63,591 nt of DNA. Origin: Mesotaenium endlicherianum. Taxonomy: Eukaryota. The notes under the pieces were generated by a model, which did not search any database, was not told where the DNA came from, and saw only the letters and a list, made by a program, of their open reading frames with translations. Of this stretch, positions 1-10,858 are shown one piece after another (position 1 is the first letter of the stretch; the number at the start of each line of letters is the position of its first letter). The stretch covers positions 318,143 through 381,733 of the forward strand of contig WELA01002119.1 of assembly GCA_009602735.1 (NCBI GenBank), in the 5' to 3' direction. A program made the position numbers and the translations under genes.

Positions 1-38
1 AATGTTGTCGAGGCGACAACAAGTTAAGTTGGAGGGAT

Positions 39-759
39 TGTAATGAATCAGTATATTAGTGGATATAATATTCATTTAAATATAATAGTTAATTAAGTTC
101 AGCCTGCTGAACTTTAAGTTAATAGTCAGTCTGCTGGACTTTACATAATTATCAGTTTAATGACTCAGCCGGAAGCAGCAGGCTGAAGTCCATATAAGTC
201 AGCTTGCTGACCCATTCTTTGACAGCCAGCTGACTTCCGTACTCGGTAGCAGCGAACTGCCTTGACATACACCTAAGTACGATATGCTAGATGAATGGCC
301 AGATGACATCCCTATGATGGATGGCTATTCGGGATGATGGGAGATGGCGGTGGATTTGGTTAACCGAGGTCCTACCAACGTGGTTAACTCCCGGGTAGGC
401 GGTGCCATCGCACTGACCGTTGAACAGTAAACTCATTCCATGTACATATGCTAGGCATTGCTCTCGAGTTCGGCATTCGGAAACGAGGCCAACTCTCTTG
501 TACAGCTTACTGAGAGAGATCTGAATCCAAGGCGAGAAGCCATTGATACGCACTGTCTTCTAACCTTGCTTATGTATGAGTTTACTGATTTGCATCATTG
601 ATGCTAGTTTACTCGCATTTGACTTACGAGTATTATTCACTGCTAGTGTATTGTCCTTTGCCGTTTAACCAGTTAACGGAAATTGCCATCAAGATTACTT
701 GCTGATATAAAGATCTTCATTAATTGTTAATCGCTTATTTGGTAAGTCGATTCATTCCA
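39..759 (+). repeat. 3' LTR of a family-1 Gypsy copy whose body lies left of the window
   Basis: Starts TGTAATGAATC right after the hairpin+PPT (TGTTGTCGAGGCGACAACA..TTAAGTTGGAGGGAT) and ends GATTCATTCCA. Near-identical to the LTRs at 8936, 26018 and 34244. Followed by ORF3-like sequence rather than a PBS. Confidence 0.95.
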
Positions 760-834
760 AGGAAGAAGGCTGAAGCTGACAGGCAAAAGAGCTTGGCCAC
801 TTACAGATATACGGTGGTGGGTGGCCAAACCTTT

Positions 835-1580
835 TGTAATGAATCAGTATATTAGTAGATATATTATTCATTTAAATAAAAATAGTTAATTTAGTTCAGC
901 CTGCTGAACTTTAGTTAGTAGTCAGTCTGCTGAACTTTAGTTAATAATCAGTCTGCTGGACTTTACATAATTATCAGTTTAATGACTCGGCCAAAAGCAG
1001 CAGGCTGAAATCAACTTAAGTCAGCTTGCTGACACATTCTTTGACAGCCAGCTGACTTCCGTGCTCGGTAGCAGCGAACTGCCTTGATATGCATCTAAGT
1101 ACCACCTGCTAGATGAATGGCCAGATGACATCCCCATGATGGATGGCTATTCGGGATGATGGGAGATGGCGGTGGATTTGGTTAACCGAGGTCCTACCAA
1201 CGTGGTTAACTCCCGGGTAGGCGGTGCCATCGCACTGACCGTTGAACAGTAAACTCATTCCATGTACATATGCTAGGCATTGCTCTCGAGTTCGGCATTC
1301 GGAAACGAGGCCAACTCTCTTGTACAGCTTACTGAGAGAGATCTGAATCCAAGGCGAGAAGCCATTGATACGCACTGTCTTCTAACCTTGCTTATGTATG
1401 AGTTTACTGATTTGCATCATTGATGCTAGTTTACTCGCATTTGACTTACGAGTATTATTCCCTGCTAGTGTATTGTCCTTTGCCGTTTAACTAGTTAACG
1501 GAAATACCATAAAGATTACTTGCTGATATAAAGATCTTTATTAATTGTTAATCGCCTATTTGGTAAGTCGATTCATTTCA
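835..1580 (+). repeat. 5' LTR of element A
   Basis: TGTAATG...ATTCATTTCA, followed by the PBS. Confidence 0.95.
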
Positions 1581-1581
1581 G

Positions 1582-1593
1582 TGGTATCGGAGC
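1582..1593 (+). promoter_or_regulatory. Primer binding site, initiator-Met tRNA type (TGGTATCGGAGC)
   Basis: 1 nt after the LTR end. One mismatch to the common plant iMet PBS TGGTATCAGAGC. Same site at 26733 and 38035. Confidence 0.88.
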
Positions 1594-1614
1594 AGTTATC
1601 ACAGTCTTCTTTGT

Positions 1615-3093
1615 ATGGTAAGGACAAGGTCTCAAACTAGCAACTCCCGAGACATGGAGAACCAGGATAACGAGAATGTCGAAAACCAGGCGGAAAGCCA
1701 TGTAGCGGGAAACCGTACCTATTCGGAAGCAGTAGCGGATACTGCAGCTAGGGAGGCAGCAGATGAGGCAGCTGCTATTGCCTCAGTCGCAGCTCAGCAA
1801 GCTGAGGAGGAGATAGCCAGACTAGAAGCTGAACAAGTAGCAAAGGCCGCTGAAGATATACAAAGGAGGGAAGGACAGCCAGCTGACGAGCGCACTGTTG
1901 AAGAACTTATGGCATCAAGGGCCAATGTTCTGAACCCACCTCCTGCCGTACAACTCAATGTACCCCTAGGTCAAATACGTGACCGGCTGAATGCGGCAGG
2001 AATTGCTGCTGCAGGAGCAAGAGGGATTGTTGAGGACACTACTCAGCGAGTAGATGCCAATGCTGCTGCTGCATTTGCTAATCTACCACCCCAAAATGTA
2101 GACTTGGGAGCATTGTTCGTTCAGATGCAGTCGCAAATGGCGACCATGTATCAGTCCCAGCAGGAGGACAAAAGAATCATAATGTCCCTACTCCGGGACA
2201 GAGACCAACTGGGGTCTCACACCACTAGTGGTGGTGGCCGAGGGCCTAGTAAGCCCAAGCCGAAACCTCCCCAGGACTATGATCCTGAGGGAAACAGAAA
2301 ATATTACCTGATCAAGTTTCTCGCGGATGTTGAGCAGTGGCTGGAGAACTACCCAGAACTGCAAGATTACGAGAAGGTCAGGCACACCGGTGCGCTACTG
2401 AAAGGCAGTGCCGCAGACTGGTGGCTTTACTGGAAGGAAGAGCGTAAGGCTCGGCAACTCGGTGACCCTACGTGGGTAGAGTTTGTCGAGAAGTTGCATG
2501 AGAAGTTTGATGTCATCAACCAGCAGGAGAAAGCTATCTATGCGATGATCTCCCTGACACTGAAGCAGACCACTTCAGTTGCTGAGTTTGCTCAAAAGTT
2601 CCAAGAGAACATGATGAAGCAGCCTGATTTGCCAGAACGGTATAGGATAGCATACTTCAGGTATGGCTTGAAATCCGAGGTCTCTGGTCATTTTGCTGAG
2701 AAAAAGTATGAGAAACTGGCTGACTTGATCCAGGATGCTGACGCCTGGGATCAGCAGCAGTTCAATCACAAGCGCCAGAGTAACGCTTTGGTGTCTAAGA
2801 TTGTCAAAAAGCCCCACGGTTCCTACAATGCAGTTGAAGGAGACCAGGCTGAGGATAATCAGGGTGATGAATATGAGTATGAGTACAATGCTATTCAGTC
2901 TAGAGGTAGAGGTGGTCCCTCTCGAGGTGGCTATGGAAGGGGTGGTGGTAGGACTAAGCCGAGACCAGCCTCAGCAAAATCTACTTGCTACCATTGTCAG
3001 CAGAAAGTCCATTACAGAGAACAGTGTCCGATTAGGCACCTGCCTAAGGTCGAGAGAAAAGACCAGCCTTTAAAAGACAGCAACAGTCAGTAA
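1615..3093 (+). CDS. gag: Gag of element A
   Basis: 492 aa. Retrotransposon gag core ([40 protein letters not shown]), RGG stretch and C-terminal CX2CX4HX4C knuckle. Confidence 0.95.
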   Translation: MVRTRSQTSNSRDMENQDNENVENQAESHVAGNRTYSEAVADTAAREAADEAAAIASVAAQQAEEEIARLEAEQVAKAAEDIQRREGQPADERTVEELMASRANVLNPPPAVQLNVPLGQIRDRLNAAGIAAAGARGIVEDTTQRVDANAAAAFANLPPQNVDLGALFVQMQSQMATMYQSQQEDKRIIMSLLRDRDQLGSHTTSGGGRGPSKPKPKPPQDYDPEGNRKYYLIKFLADVEQWLENYPELQDYEKVRHTGALLKGSAADWWLYWKEERKARQLGDPTWVEFVEKLHEKFDVINQQEKAIYAMISLTLKQTTSVAEFAQKFQENMMKQPDLPERYRIAYFRYGLKSEVSGHFAEKKYEKLADLIQDADAWDQQQFNHKRQSNALVSKIVKKPHGSYNAVEGDQAEDNQGDEYEYEYNAIQSRGRGGPSRGGYGRGGGRTKPRPASAKSTCYHCQQKVHYREQCPIRHLPKVERKDQPLKDSNSQ

Positions 3094-3183
3094 TCCAGTC
3101 TACTGACTGTGAGGATGCTAGAGATAGTGAGTCGTCACTAGCTGCCCTCGTAGCAGGTATTATGGGTCCTGCTGAACTGGATT
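3069..3183 (+). promoter_or_regulatory. -1 ribosomal frameshift signal (U UUA AAA plus downstream stem/pseudoknot)
   Basis: X XXY YYZ heptamer in the gag frame at 3069-3075, then a 7-nt spacer and a perfect 10-bp stem (3083-3092/3101-3110). Pol is in the -1 frame and open across the site. Confidence 0.8.
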
Positions 3184-6100
3184 CACTATGCATGCCTGAC
3201 AAACAGATAAAGGAGACCATCAGTAATATAGACGTCCAGAGAGTGCACACTCTGGATGCTCTTGTTCCACCTGATGTCCAACATTTCTTTGCTACGTCAG
3301 GAGAACAATGCGAAAGTCAGGAAAAGACAGTCCCCCCTATCCTACTGCATTGCATGATTGCAGGTAGGAAGGTGAGGGCATTTGTTGACGGAGGGGCGTC
3401 ACATACTTTTATCCACAAGGACTTAGTTAAGCGGCTAAGGCTGCCTACTGTCACCCAAGGGAATAGAAAAATATTCCTTGGAGATGCCTCAAGTATCCCG
3501 GGAGGAGTTATAACCAAGCCTATTGAGGTCCAGTTAGGTTCTGGCATTGCAGTTCTAACTGAAACGCTTACATTTGAGGTACTCAACACTGGCTTTTATG
3601 ATCTCGTGCTAGGCAGGTCCTGGCTTAATAGACATCAAGCTGAAGTGTGTTGGAGCAGAGGTACAGTTAAAGTGAGAGGAGCCAGTGATGGGCAGACTGA
3701 CTTGGCACCCACCAGTGCTCTTCCTCTTGTCCTGTGTGGATGGCAAATGAAGGAAAAGAAGAGGCTTCCAGAAGGATGCAAGTTGCTGAATGCAATGGAG
3801 TTCGTCAAAAGCTGGAACCAGAAGGAAGACAGAATGTTCTGTCTGCTGCTAAGAGAGGTACCTCCTCAACCTGAAGAAGTGGTTGAGAAAAAGGTAAGCC
3901 CTCCGGAGCACCCTACTGCTGCAAAAATTGTTGCTCAGTACACTGATGTGTTTAACATGCCTCCAGGACTACCCCCTAAAAGGGAAGTAGATCATAGGAT
4001 TGATCTATTACCTGGTAGCCAGCCACCCTGGCAACGCACTTATGGCTTGTCTTATTTGGAGAGCGAGGAGTTGAAAACACAGATTGCAGAGCTGGAGGAA
4101 AATGGTTACATTTCTCCCAGTAAATCACCGTACGGCGCACCTATCCTATTTGTTAAGAAAAAGGATGGCAGTATGCGGATGTGTGTGGATTACAGAGCCC
4201 TGAACAGAATTACAGTAAAGAACAAGTATGCTTTACCCAGAATCGAGGACTTGCTTGATACCCTGTCTGGCGCTAAGGTGTTCAGTAAGATAGATCTCAA
4301 GAGTGGTTATCATCAAATCAGAATTGCTGAGGGGGATGAACACAAGACTGCTTTCCGCACACGTTATGGACACTATGAGTTCAACGTGATGCCATTTGGA
4401 CTGACTAATGCTCCTGCTACCTTTATGGGTGCTATGAATGACATTTTCAGACCTTATTTGGATAAGTTTGTGCAAGTTTTCCTGGATGATATTTTAATTT
4501 TCTCTAAAGATGAAGCTCAGCACACTGAACACTTAAAGAAAGTGCTGGACACTCTGCGGAAAAATCACTTGTATGCTAAAATGAGCAAGTGTGATTTCTT
4601 TAAGGAAAGTATTGAATTCTTAGGCCACGTTGTCAGTAAAGAGGGCATCAGTGTGGATCCTAAGAAAGTCCAGACCATAAGGGACTGGCCAGTACCACAG
4701 TCTGTCTCTGAAGTTAGATCCTTCCTCGGGTTGGCTAACTACTATAGGAGATTTATTGAGAATTATTCCACAAAGGCCAGTAAACTGACTGACCTTACTA
4801 AGAAAGACATCGGGTATGTGTGGGGGGAAGAGCAGCAGGCTGCCTTCCAGACCCTTAAAGATGCCCTTTGTTCTGCCCCAGTGCTAGCCGTGTATGACCC
4901 CAGCAAACCGGTGCAGGTGGTTACTGATGCCTCTGATTTTGCCATGGGTGCTATTTTGTTGCAGCCTGCTGACAAAACCACAAAGGATGGTAAGGTACGG
5001 CAGGAGTGGCATCCTGTGTTGTATGAGTCTATGAAATTTAATCCAGCGGAGATTAATTACTCAGTGCATGATAAAGAGCTGCTAGCTATCATTCATGTAC
5101 TCAAACAGTGGAGAGCATACTTACATGGTAAAGCTTTTAAGGTGATTACAGATCATCTAGCTCTGACCCACTTTCAGAAGAAGTCCAAGCTGTCGAGGAG
5201 GGAGAACCGCTGGAGCCAGATGCTGGAGCAGTTCCAAGTCCAGATCGACTACAAACCAGGGAAGTTGAATCCTGCTGATGCACTCTCTAGAAGACCTGAC
5301 TTGCAAGAAAGGAACTTTAGTCAGCATGCTGTAGATAAAGTCCTGTGTGCACTCACTTCACTAAAGGTGAAAAAGTCCTTCCTTGAACAACTTAGGAAAG
5401 CCTACCTTTCTGACCCAACATTTGAGCCCAGCCCCACTACTGGTGTGTGTCGTGCTACTGCACTCGGGTATAAGCTCAAGGGAGGGGTCTGGGTGACTGA
5501 AACCACTTCAGGCAGGCTGAAGCTGGTCATTCCTAATAACTTGGAAATAAGGTCTCTCTTACTGAGTCAAGCTCATGACAGTCTCCTGGGTGGACATTTG
5601 GGGCAGGCCAAAACTGTTGGCAAACTGGCAAAACATTATCATTGGGAGGGGTTACCCCGGGAGGTCTTGAAATATGTCAAGTCCTGTGACCAGTGTCAGA
5701 GAAATAAGTCTCGGCACACACCACCCGGAGGTCTCTTGCAACCGCTACCCATCCCAGCGGGACGCTGGGAAACTATATCCATGGACTGGGTGGTCTCACT
5801 ACCAAGAACTGCCAACGGGCATGATTCAATACTGGTAGTCGTGGATAAACTGACAAAAATGGTCATTTTTATCCCCACAACTGTCAAAGTGACTGCACTC
5901 GAAACAGCGAGACAGTTTTACAACCATGTAGTATGCCAACATGGGCTCCCTTCTAATATCATCTCAGACAGAGACTCAAAATTCACCTCTAAGTTCTGGA
6001 GAGCTTTAATGGGGTTAATGGGAGTCAAACAGCTGCTCAGCACAGCAAACCACCCTCAGACTGATGGGCAGACTGAAAGAACTAACCGAGTTCTGCAGGA

Positions 6101-6878
6101 GGTGCTGAGAGCATATATTAACCAAAAACAAGATAATTGGGATGACCTGTTGCCTCAAATTCAGTTTGCGGTCAACAGTGCGGTGCACGCGTCAACGGGC
6201 AAAACTCCTTTTGAACTCAGCCTGGGTAGAGTCCCTAAGTCTCCTCTAGATGTGCTAGGGGAATCTTTAACTCACCCTGAAGGGATTGACAACCCGGTCT
6301 CCCTCCAGTTAACTCAGGAGTTTGCTGACACCCTGTCAGAAGTCCAACGAAACTTGCACACGGCCCAAGAAAACCAACAAAAATACGCTAATCAACACCG
6401 TCGGGAACTGACATTTTCCAAGGGGGATTTAGTCAAACTGCATTCTCAGCACCTGTACCTCCCTGGTGTGGTCAAGAAAAAGCTTGGCCCTGTCTGGGTC
6501 GGTCCATATTCGGTGGTCCGTCGTGTCGGTCAGAATGCTTACAAACTGAACATGTCAGCTGAATACAAGGGGCACCCGGTCTTTAATGTCTCCTTCCTGG
6601 AACCGTACATCAAAGGTGATACACTGTTCACAGGTCGGTTCCCTGTCCAACCGGGACCGGTCCCCGCTGTCCGGGACGGCGACCCTGAGGAATATGAGGT
6701 CGATGAGATTTTAGACGCTCGCTCGGTCCGTCGATCGTCTAAATATGTCATGAAATACCTCATTCGATGGAAGGGTTACGATGCCTCTGGGGACACTTGG
6801 GAGTTTAAGGACCACTTGACCAATGCCAAAGGGGCGTTGACACGGTTCCACCTTCGGGCCGCTGGAGTCCCTCCATAA
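3162..6878 (+). CDS. pol: Pol of element A: protease, RT, RNase H, integrase, chromodomain
   Basis: Protease [45 protein letters not shown]; RNase H VTDASDFA; integrase H..H..C..C, SDRD, DGQTER; chromodomain [19 protein letters not shown]. The frame is open upstream to the frameshift site. Confidence 0.97.
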   Translation: MGPAELDSLCMPDKQIKETISNIDVQRVHTLDALVPPDVQHFFATSGEQCESQEKTVPPILLHCMIAGRKVRAFVDGGASHTFIHKDLVKRLRLPTVTQGNRKIFLGDASSIPGGVITKPIEVQLGSGIAVLTETLTFEVLNTGFYDLVLGRSWLNRHQAEVCWSRGTVKVRGASDGQTDLAPTSALPLVLCGWQMKEKKRLPEGCKLLNAMEFVKSWNQKEDRMFCLLLREVPPQPEEVVEKKVSPPEHPTAAKIVAQYTDVFNMPPGLPPKREVDHRIDLLPGSQPPWQRTYGLSYLESEELKTQIAELEENGYISPSKSPYGAPILFVKKKDGSMRMCVDYRALNRITVKNKYALPRIEDLLDTLSGAKVFSKIDLKSGYHQIRIAEGDEHKTAFRTRYGHYEFNVMPFGLTNAPATFMGAMNDIFRPYLDKFVQVFLDDILIFSKDEAQHTEHLKKVLDTLRKNHLYAKMSKCDFFKESIEFLGHVVSKEGISVDPKKVQTIRDWPVPQSVSEVRSFLGLANYYRRFIENYSTKASKLTDLTKKDIGYVWGEEQQAAFQTLKDALCSAPVLAVYDPSKPVQVVTDASDFAMGAILLQPADKTTKDGKVRQEWHPVLYESMKFNPAEINYSVHDKELLAIIHVLKQWRAYLHGKAFKVITDHLALTHFQKKSKLSRRENRWSQMLEQFQVQIDYKPGKLNPADALSRRPDLQERNFSQHAVDKVLCALTSLKVKKSFLEQLRKAYLSDPTFEPSPTTGVCRATALGYKLKGGVWVTETTSGRLKLVIPNNLEIRSLLLSQAHDSLLGGHLGQAKTVGKLAKHYHWEGLPREVLKYVKSCDQCQRNKSRHTPPGGLLQPLPIPAGRWETISMDWVVSLPRTANGHDSILVVVDKLTKMVIFIPTTVKVTALETARQFYNHVVCQHGLPSNIISDRDSKFTSKFWRALMGLMGVKQLLSTANHPQTDGQTERTNRVLQEVLRAYINQKQDNWDDLLPQIQFAVNSAVHASTGKTPFELSLGRVPKSPLDVLGESLTHPEGIDNPVSLQLTQEFADTLSEVQRNLHTAQENQQKYANQHRRELTFSKGDLVKLHSQHLYLPGVVKKKLGPVWVGPYSVVRRVGQNAYKLNMSAEYKGHPVFNVSFLEPYIKGDTLFTGRFPVQPGPVPAVRDGDPEEYEVDEILDARSVRRSSKYVMKYLIRWKGYDASGDTWEFKDHLTNAKGALTRFHLRAAGVPP

Positions 6879-7145
6879 CTGTCATTTCAGTTGACACGGG
6901 AAGGTGACAGGCGGTCCTGTCTCCATTTAAGTTGGAGGGGAAAATATATGACAGTTAGTGAGCGAGAGCGATAAAAACACACTCATACGTTTATGTGTAG
7001 CGCATCGCAACTACGTCAACTTTTAGCAATCATCCTGTAAGGTAAACAGCAGCGAAGCCACTATACTAAATACTAACATACTTCCTGCAATCCCTATGAC
7101 AAAGGTCCATATCCTACTAACTTGTGCCCTGGTTACATGTGCAGG

Positions 7146-8822
7146 ATGGCGCCCACCACACAAAAGGAGGACAGAAAGCGCAAGGCAGAAGAAGCCAGGA
7201 GGACAATGGAGCAATACCAGAAGGAGCTGGCGGCGACGTCCCTCACCAGGAGAGAACAAGAAAGGGTCCGCAAGCAACAAGAGGCGGCAGAAGAGGCACA
7301 GAGGAAGAAGGATCAGGAAGCGGAAAACCTCAGGAAGGCTGAGGAGGAGAGACAGAAGAAACAGCAAGAAGAAGCGGCAGCGGCAGAAGAGGAGAAAAGA
7401 AAAAAGATTGAAGCGGACAGACAGAAGAGCTTGGCCACTTACAGGTATACTGTGGTGGGTGGCCAAAACTTCGATAACCTGAAGGAAGCATTGCTGGCAG
7501 CCCAGGAGATCAACAGGCTGGAACAGACAACACTGCTACAGAAGGAAGGAGCTACAGCACTGGACAGGTACATCGAGACACACACCGGCGTGGTCCTTTA
7601 CGAAGATTATGCTAAGATGGTGGGCTATACAGCAGAGCAGGCCCGGTATCTCGCAGATGATTCAGAGGACAAGCCGGTCCCCATACCGGGAATAGTGGGA
7701 GATCAGAGACTCATCCGGATGGTGAGCATGCGGCCCGATAGCTTTAAGGATACGGTATTCTACCTCACACTCCTGCCAGCTTACAATGAAGTTGAGAGAA
7801 GGAGCTGGGAGTACTTGGCCAGGGAAGCAGGACAGCAGATGTTCTCTCCCCACTGGTTCCCGTGTAAACTGAGGAAGGCTGAGCACGGACCCCAGTACTA
7901 CCAGCAGCCAACAGACTGGAGGTGGATGACCGTCACAAATAAGAAGCAGGAGTGTGACCGAGCCCAACCGGATGACTTCCACTATGGCCTAGACGGCTAT
8001 CTCATCCTACCACCTCACATTGCCCCTTGGGACCCCAGGCTGAATGGATGCCTGAGCAATATGAATGCAGAGACCAAGGAACATAGGAGGAGGGGAAGAG
8101 AGTACTTCTCTAAGGGAAAGCATGCCTTTGTCAAATGGGCAAAGAATGCAGGCCGGATAGATATCAGTAGGCTGAAGGCCAAGCAACCTCCAGCGCGCCC
8201 TAAGAAAGGGAGGTCGGTAGACTACTCCATGTCTACTAGGGAGCAGGACGACTTAGTGGACGAGACCCCTACTCTCTCCGAGGAGGAGGATGAGGAGGAT
8301 GAGGAAGAAGAACAAGGCAGAGGAGAAGCATCAGCAGCAGGTACTCAGGATACCCAGGGACAGGCAGTGGCACTTCCTAAAGAACCACGATCAGGTGTGT
8401 GGAATGTGATCCCCGTTATGGCGACAACTGGACCCCGCGCTCGCTCCCCCAGCCCACCTGCCCAAGCAGGGGAAGAAGCTGATCTGACGGTACTGGGCAG
8501 CAGACACAGACAGAAATCCCCAGAGGACAGGGGTGCCAGAAGAGGGACACGCGGGTGGGCCAGAGGTATGCCAGCCTCCCCCTCCGCTCAGGGGCATGTA
8601 CCTCTAGCCAATGTATTTCAGCATCCTACTGGAATGCCTGTCTATGTGGGAATCAACACCCAAGTGGTTGAAGAGCAGGCCACCATCCTCCGTTCTCCTC
8701 GAGGGCCAACTTTAGAGCAAACAGGGTTCTTTAGAAGGCCAGCTGACAGACCTAGAGGGCTGTCCAGATCTAGGTCCAGATCTCCGTCTCCTGACCCTGA
8801 AGCCCCAGGAACAACCCCTTAA
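7146..8822 (+). CDS. ORF3, accessory protein of unknown function (element A)
   Basis: Long intact ORF between pol and the 3' LTR, with probable ATG at 7146. Charged coiled N-terminus, conserved central domain, acidic/disordered C-terminus. Homologues in B, C and the old copy. Confidence 0.88.
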   Translation: MAPTTQKEDRKRKAEEARRTMEQYQKELAATSLTRREQERVRKQQEAAEEAQRKKDQEAENLRKAEEERQKKQQEEAAAAEEEKRKKIEADRQKSLATYRYTVVGGQNFDNLKEALLAAQEINRLEQTTLLQKEGATALDRYIETHTGVVLYEDYAKMVGYTAEQARYLADDSEDKPVPIPGIVGDQRLIRMVSMRPDSFKDTVFYLTLLPAYNEVERRSWEYLAREAGQQMFSPHWFPCKLRKAEHGPQYYQQPTDWRWMTVTNKKQECDRAQPDDFHYGLDGYLILPPHIAPWDPRLNGCLSNMNAETKEHRRRGREYFSKGKHAFVKWAKNAGRIDISRLKAKQPPARPKKGRSVDYSMSTREQDDLVDETPTLSEEEDEEDEEEEQGRGEASAAGTQDTQGQAVALPKEPRSGVWNVIPVMATTGPRARSPSPPAQAGEEADLTVLGSRHRQKSPEDRGARRGTRGWARGMPASPSAQGHVPLANVFQHPTGMPVYVGINTQVVEEQATILRSPRGPTLEQTGFFRRPADRPRGLSRSRSRSPSPDPEAPGTTP

Positions 8823-8920
8823 GGTGACACGCTGAAGAGGCAGTCAGTAAGGGAGGCTGGTCAGGTTCAGTTCCCTTATTTAAAATTTCTGCAGTTTAAT
8901 GTTGTCGAGGCGACAACAAG

Positions 8921-8935
8921 TTAAGTTGGAGGGAT
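8921..8935 (+). promoter_or_regulatory. Polypurine tract of element A
   Basis: TTAAGTTGGAGGGAT immediately before the 3' LTR, preceded by hairpin TGTTGTCG-AGG-CGACAACA. Confidence 0.85.
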
Positions 8936-9654
8936 TGTAATGAATCAGTATATTAGTGGATATAATATTCATTTAAATATAATAGTTAATTAAGTTCAGC
9001 CTGCTGAACTTTAGTTAATAGTCAGTCTGCTGGACTTTACATAATTATCAGTTTAATGACTCAGCCAAAAGCAGCAGGCTGAAGTCAACTTAAGTCAGCT
9101 TGCTGACACATTCTTTGACAGCCAGCTGACTTCCGTGCTCGGTAGCAGCGAACTGCCTTGATATGCATCTAAGTACGACCTGCTAGATGAATGGCCAGAT
9201 GACATCCCCATGATGGATGGCTATTCGGGATGATGGGAGATGGCGGTGGATTTGGTTAACCGAGGTCCTACCAACGTGGTTAACTCCCGGGTAGGCGGTG
9301 CCATCGCACTGACCGTTGAACAGTAAACTCATTCCATGTACATATGCTAGGCATTGCTCTCGAGTTCGGCATTCGGAAACGAGGCCAACTCTCTTGTACA
9401 GCTTACTGAGAGAGATCTGAATCCAAGGCGAGAAGCCATTGATACGCACTGTCTTCTAACCTTGCTTATGTATGAGTTTACTGATTTGCATCATTGATGC
9501 TAGTTTACTCGCATTTGACTTACGAGTATTATTTCCTGCTAGTGTATTGTCCTTTGCCGTTTAATTAGTTAACGGAAATACCATAAAGATTACTCGCTGA
9601 TATAAAGATCTTTATTAATTGTTAGTCGCCTATTTGGTAAGTCGATTCATTTCA
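8936..9654 (+). repeat. 3' LTR of element A
   Basis: Direct repeat of 835-1580, followed by TSD CCTTT. Confidence 0.95.
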
Positions 9655-10858
9655 CCTTTGATAACCTTTAGGAAGCATTACTGGCAGCTCAACAGATCAA
9701 CAAGCTGAAACAGACAACACTTCTACAGAGGGAAGGAGCGGGAGCACTAGATAGGTACATTGAAACACACACTGGTTTGGTCCTCTACGAAGATTATGCC
9801 AAGATGGTTGGCTATACAGCAGGGCAGGCTGGGTACCTTGCACCTGATTTGGAGAACAAGCCAGTTCCAGTACCGAGAATAGTGGGAGACTAGAGACTTA
9901 TCGGGATGGTGAGCATGCGGCCCGATAGCTTTAAGGATACGATATTCTACCTCACACTATTGTCAGCTTACAGTCAAGTTGAGAGGAGGAGCTGGGTGTA
10001 CTTGGCCAAGGAAGTAGGACAGCAGATGTTCTCTCCCCATTGATTCCCTTGTAAGCTGAAAAAGGCCGAGCATGGACCACAGTACTACCAGCAGCCCACA
10101 GACTGGAGGTGGATGACCGTCACCAACAAAGAGCAGGAGTGTGACCGAGCCCATTCAGACGACTTCCACTATGGACTAGACGGCTACCTCATCCTACCAC
10201 CTCACATTGCCCCTTGGGACCCCTGGCTGAATGGCTGCCTAAGTAATATGAATGCAGAGACCAAAGAGCACAGGAGGAGGGGGAGAGCCTACTTCTCTAA
10301 GGGAAAGCATGCCTTTGTCAAATGCGGGAAGAATGCAAGCCAAATAGATATCAGCAGGTTGAAAGCAAGCAACCTCCAGCTCGCCCTAAGAAAGCAAGAT
10401 CAGTAGATTTCTTCATGTCTACCAGGGAGCAGGATGCCTTAGTGGACGAGACTCCTACCCTCTCAGAGGAGGAAGATGAGGAGGATAAGGAAGAAGAACA
10501 AGGCAGAGGAGAAGCATCGGGAGCTGGTACTCAGGAGACCCAGGGGCAGGCAGGTGCAGGCCCTTCTAAGGAGCCAAGATCAGGTGTATGGAATGTGACC
10601 CCGGTCATGGAGGCAACAAGACCCCGCACTCACTCCCCCAGCCCACCTGTCCAAGCAGGGGAAGAAGTTGATCTGACTGTACTTGGCAGCAGACAAAGGC
10701 AAAAAAGCCCAAAGGACAGGGGTGCCAGAAGAGGGACACGCGGGGTGGTCAGAGGTATGCCAACCTCCCCCTTCGCTCGAGGACATGTACCTCTTGCCAA
10801 TGTATTTCAGCATCCTACTGGAATGCCTGTCTATCTGGGGATCAACATCGAGGTGGTT

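Larger units (their letters stand above)
835..9654 (+). mobile_element. Element A: full-length, intact chromovirus-type Ty3/Gypsy LTR retrotransposon with an extra ORF
   Basis: LTRs 835-1580 and 8936-9654 (TG..CA); TSD CCTTT at 830-834 and 9655-9659; PBS and PPT present; uninterrupted gag, pol (PR-RT-RH-IN-chromo) and ORF3. Confidence 0.97.

Noticed and set aside
287..553. 88-aa minus-strand ORF recurring in every family-1 LTR
   Set aside because: It recurs only because the LTR is repeated; no domain and no independent sign of coding selection.
3384..3401. Protease active site DGG instead of DSG/DTG
   Set aside because: DGG variants occur in Gypsy proteases and it is the same in all three copies; not evidence of inactivation or novelty.
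7146..8822. ORF3 as an envelope gene
   Set aside because: No signal peptide, no hydrophobic transmembrane segment, highly charged.
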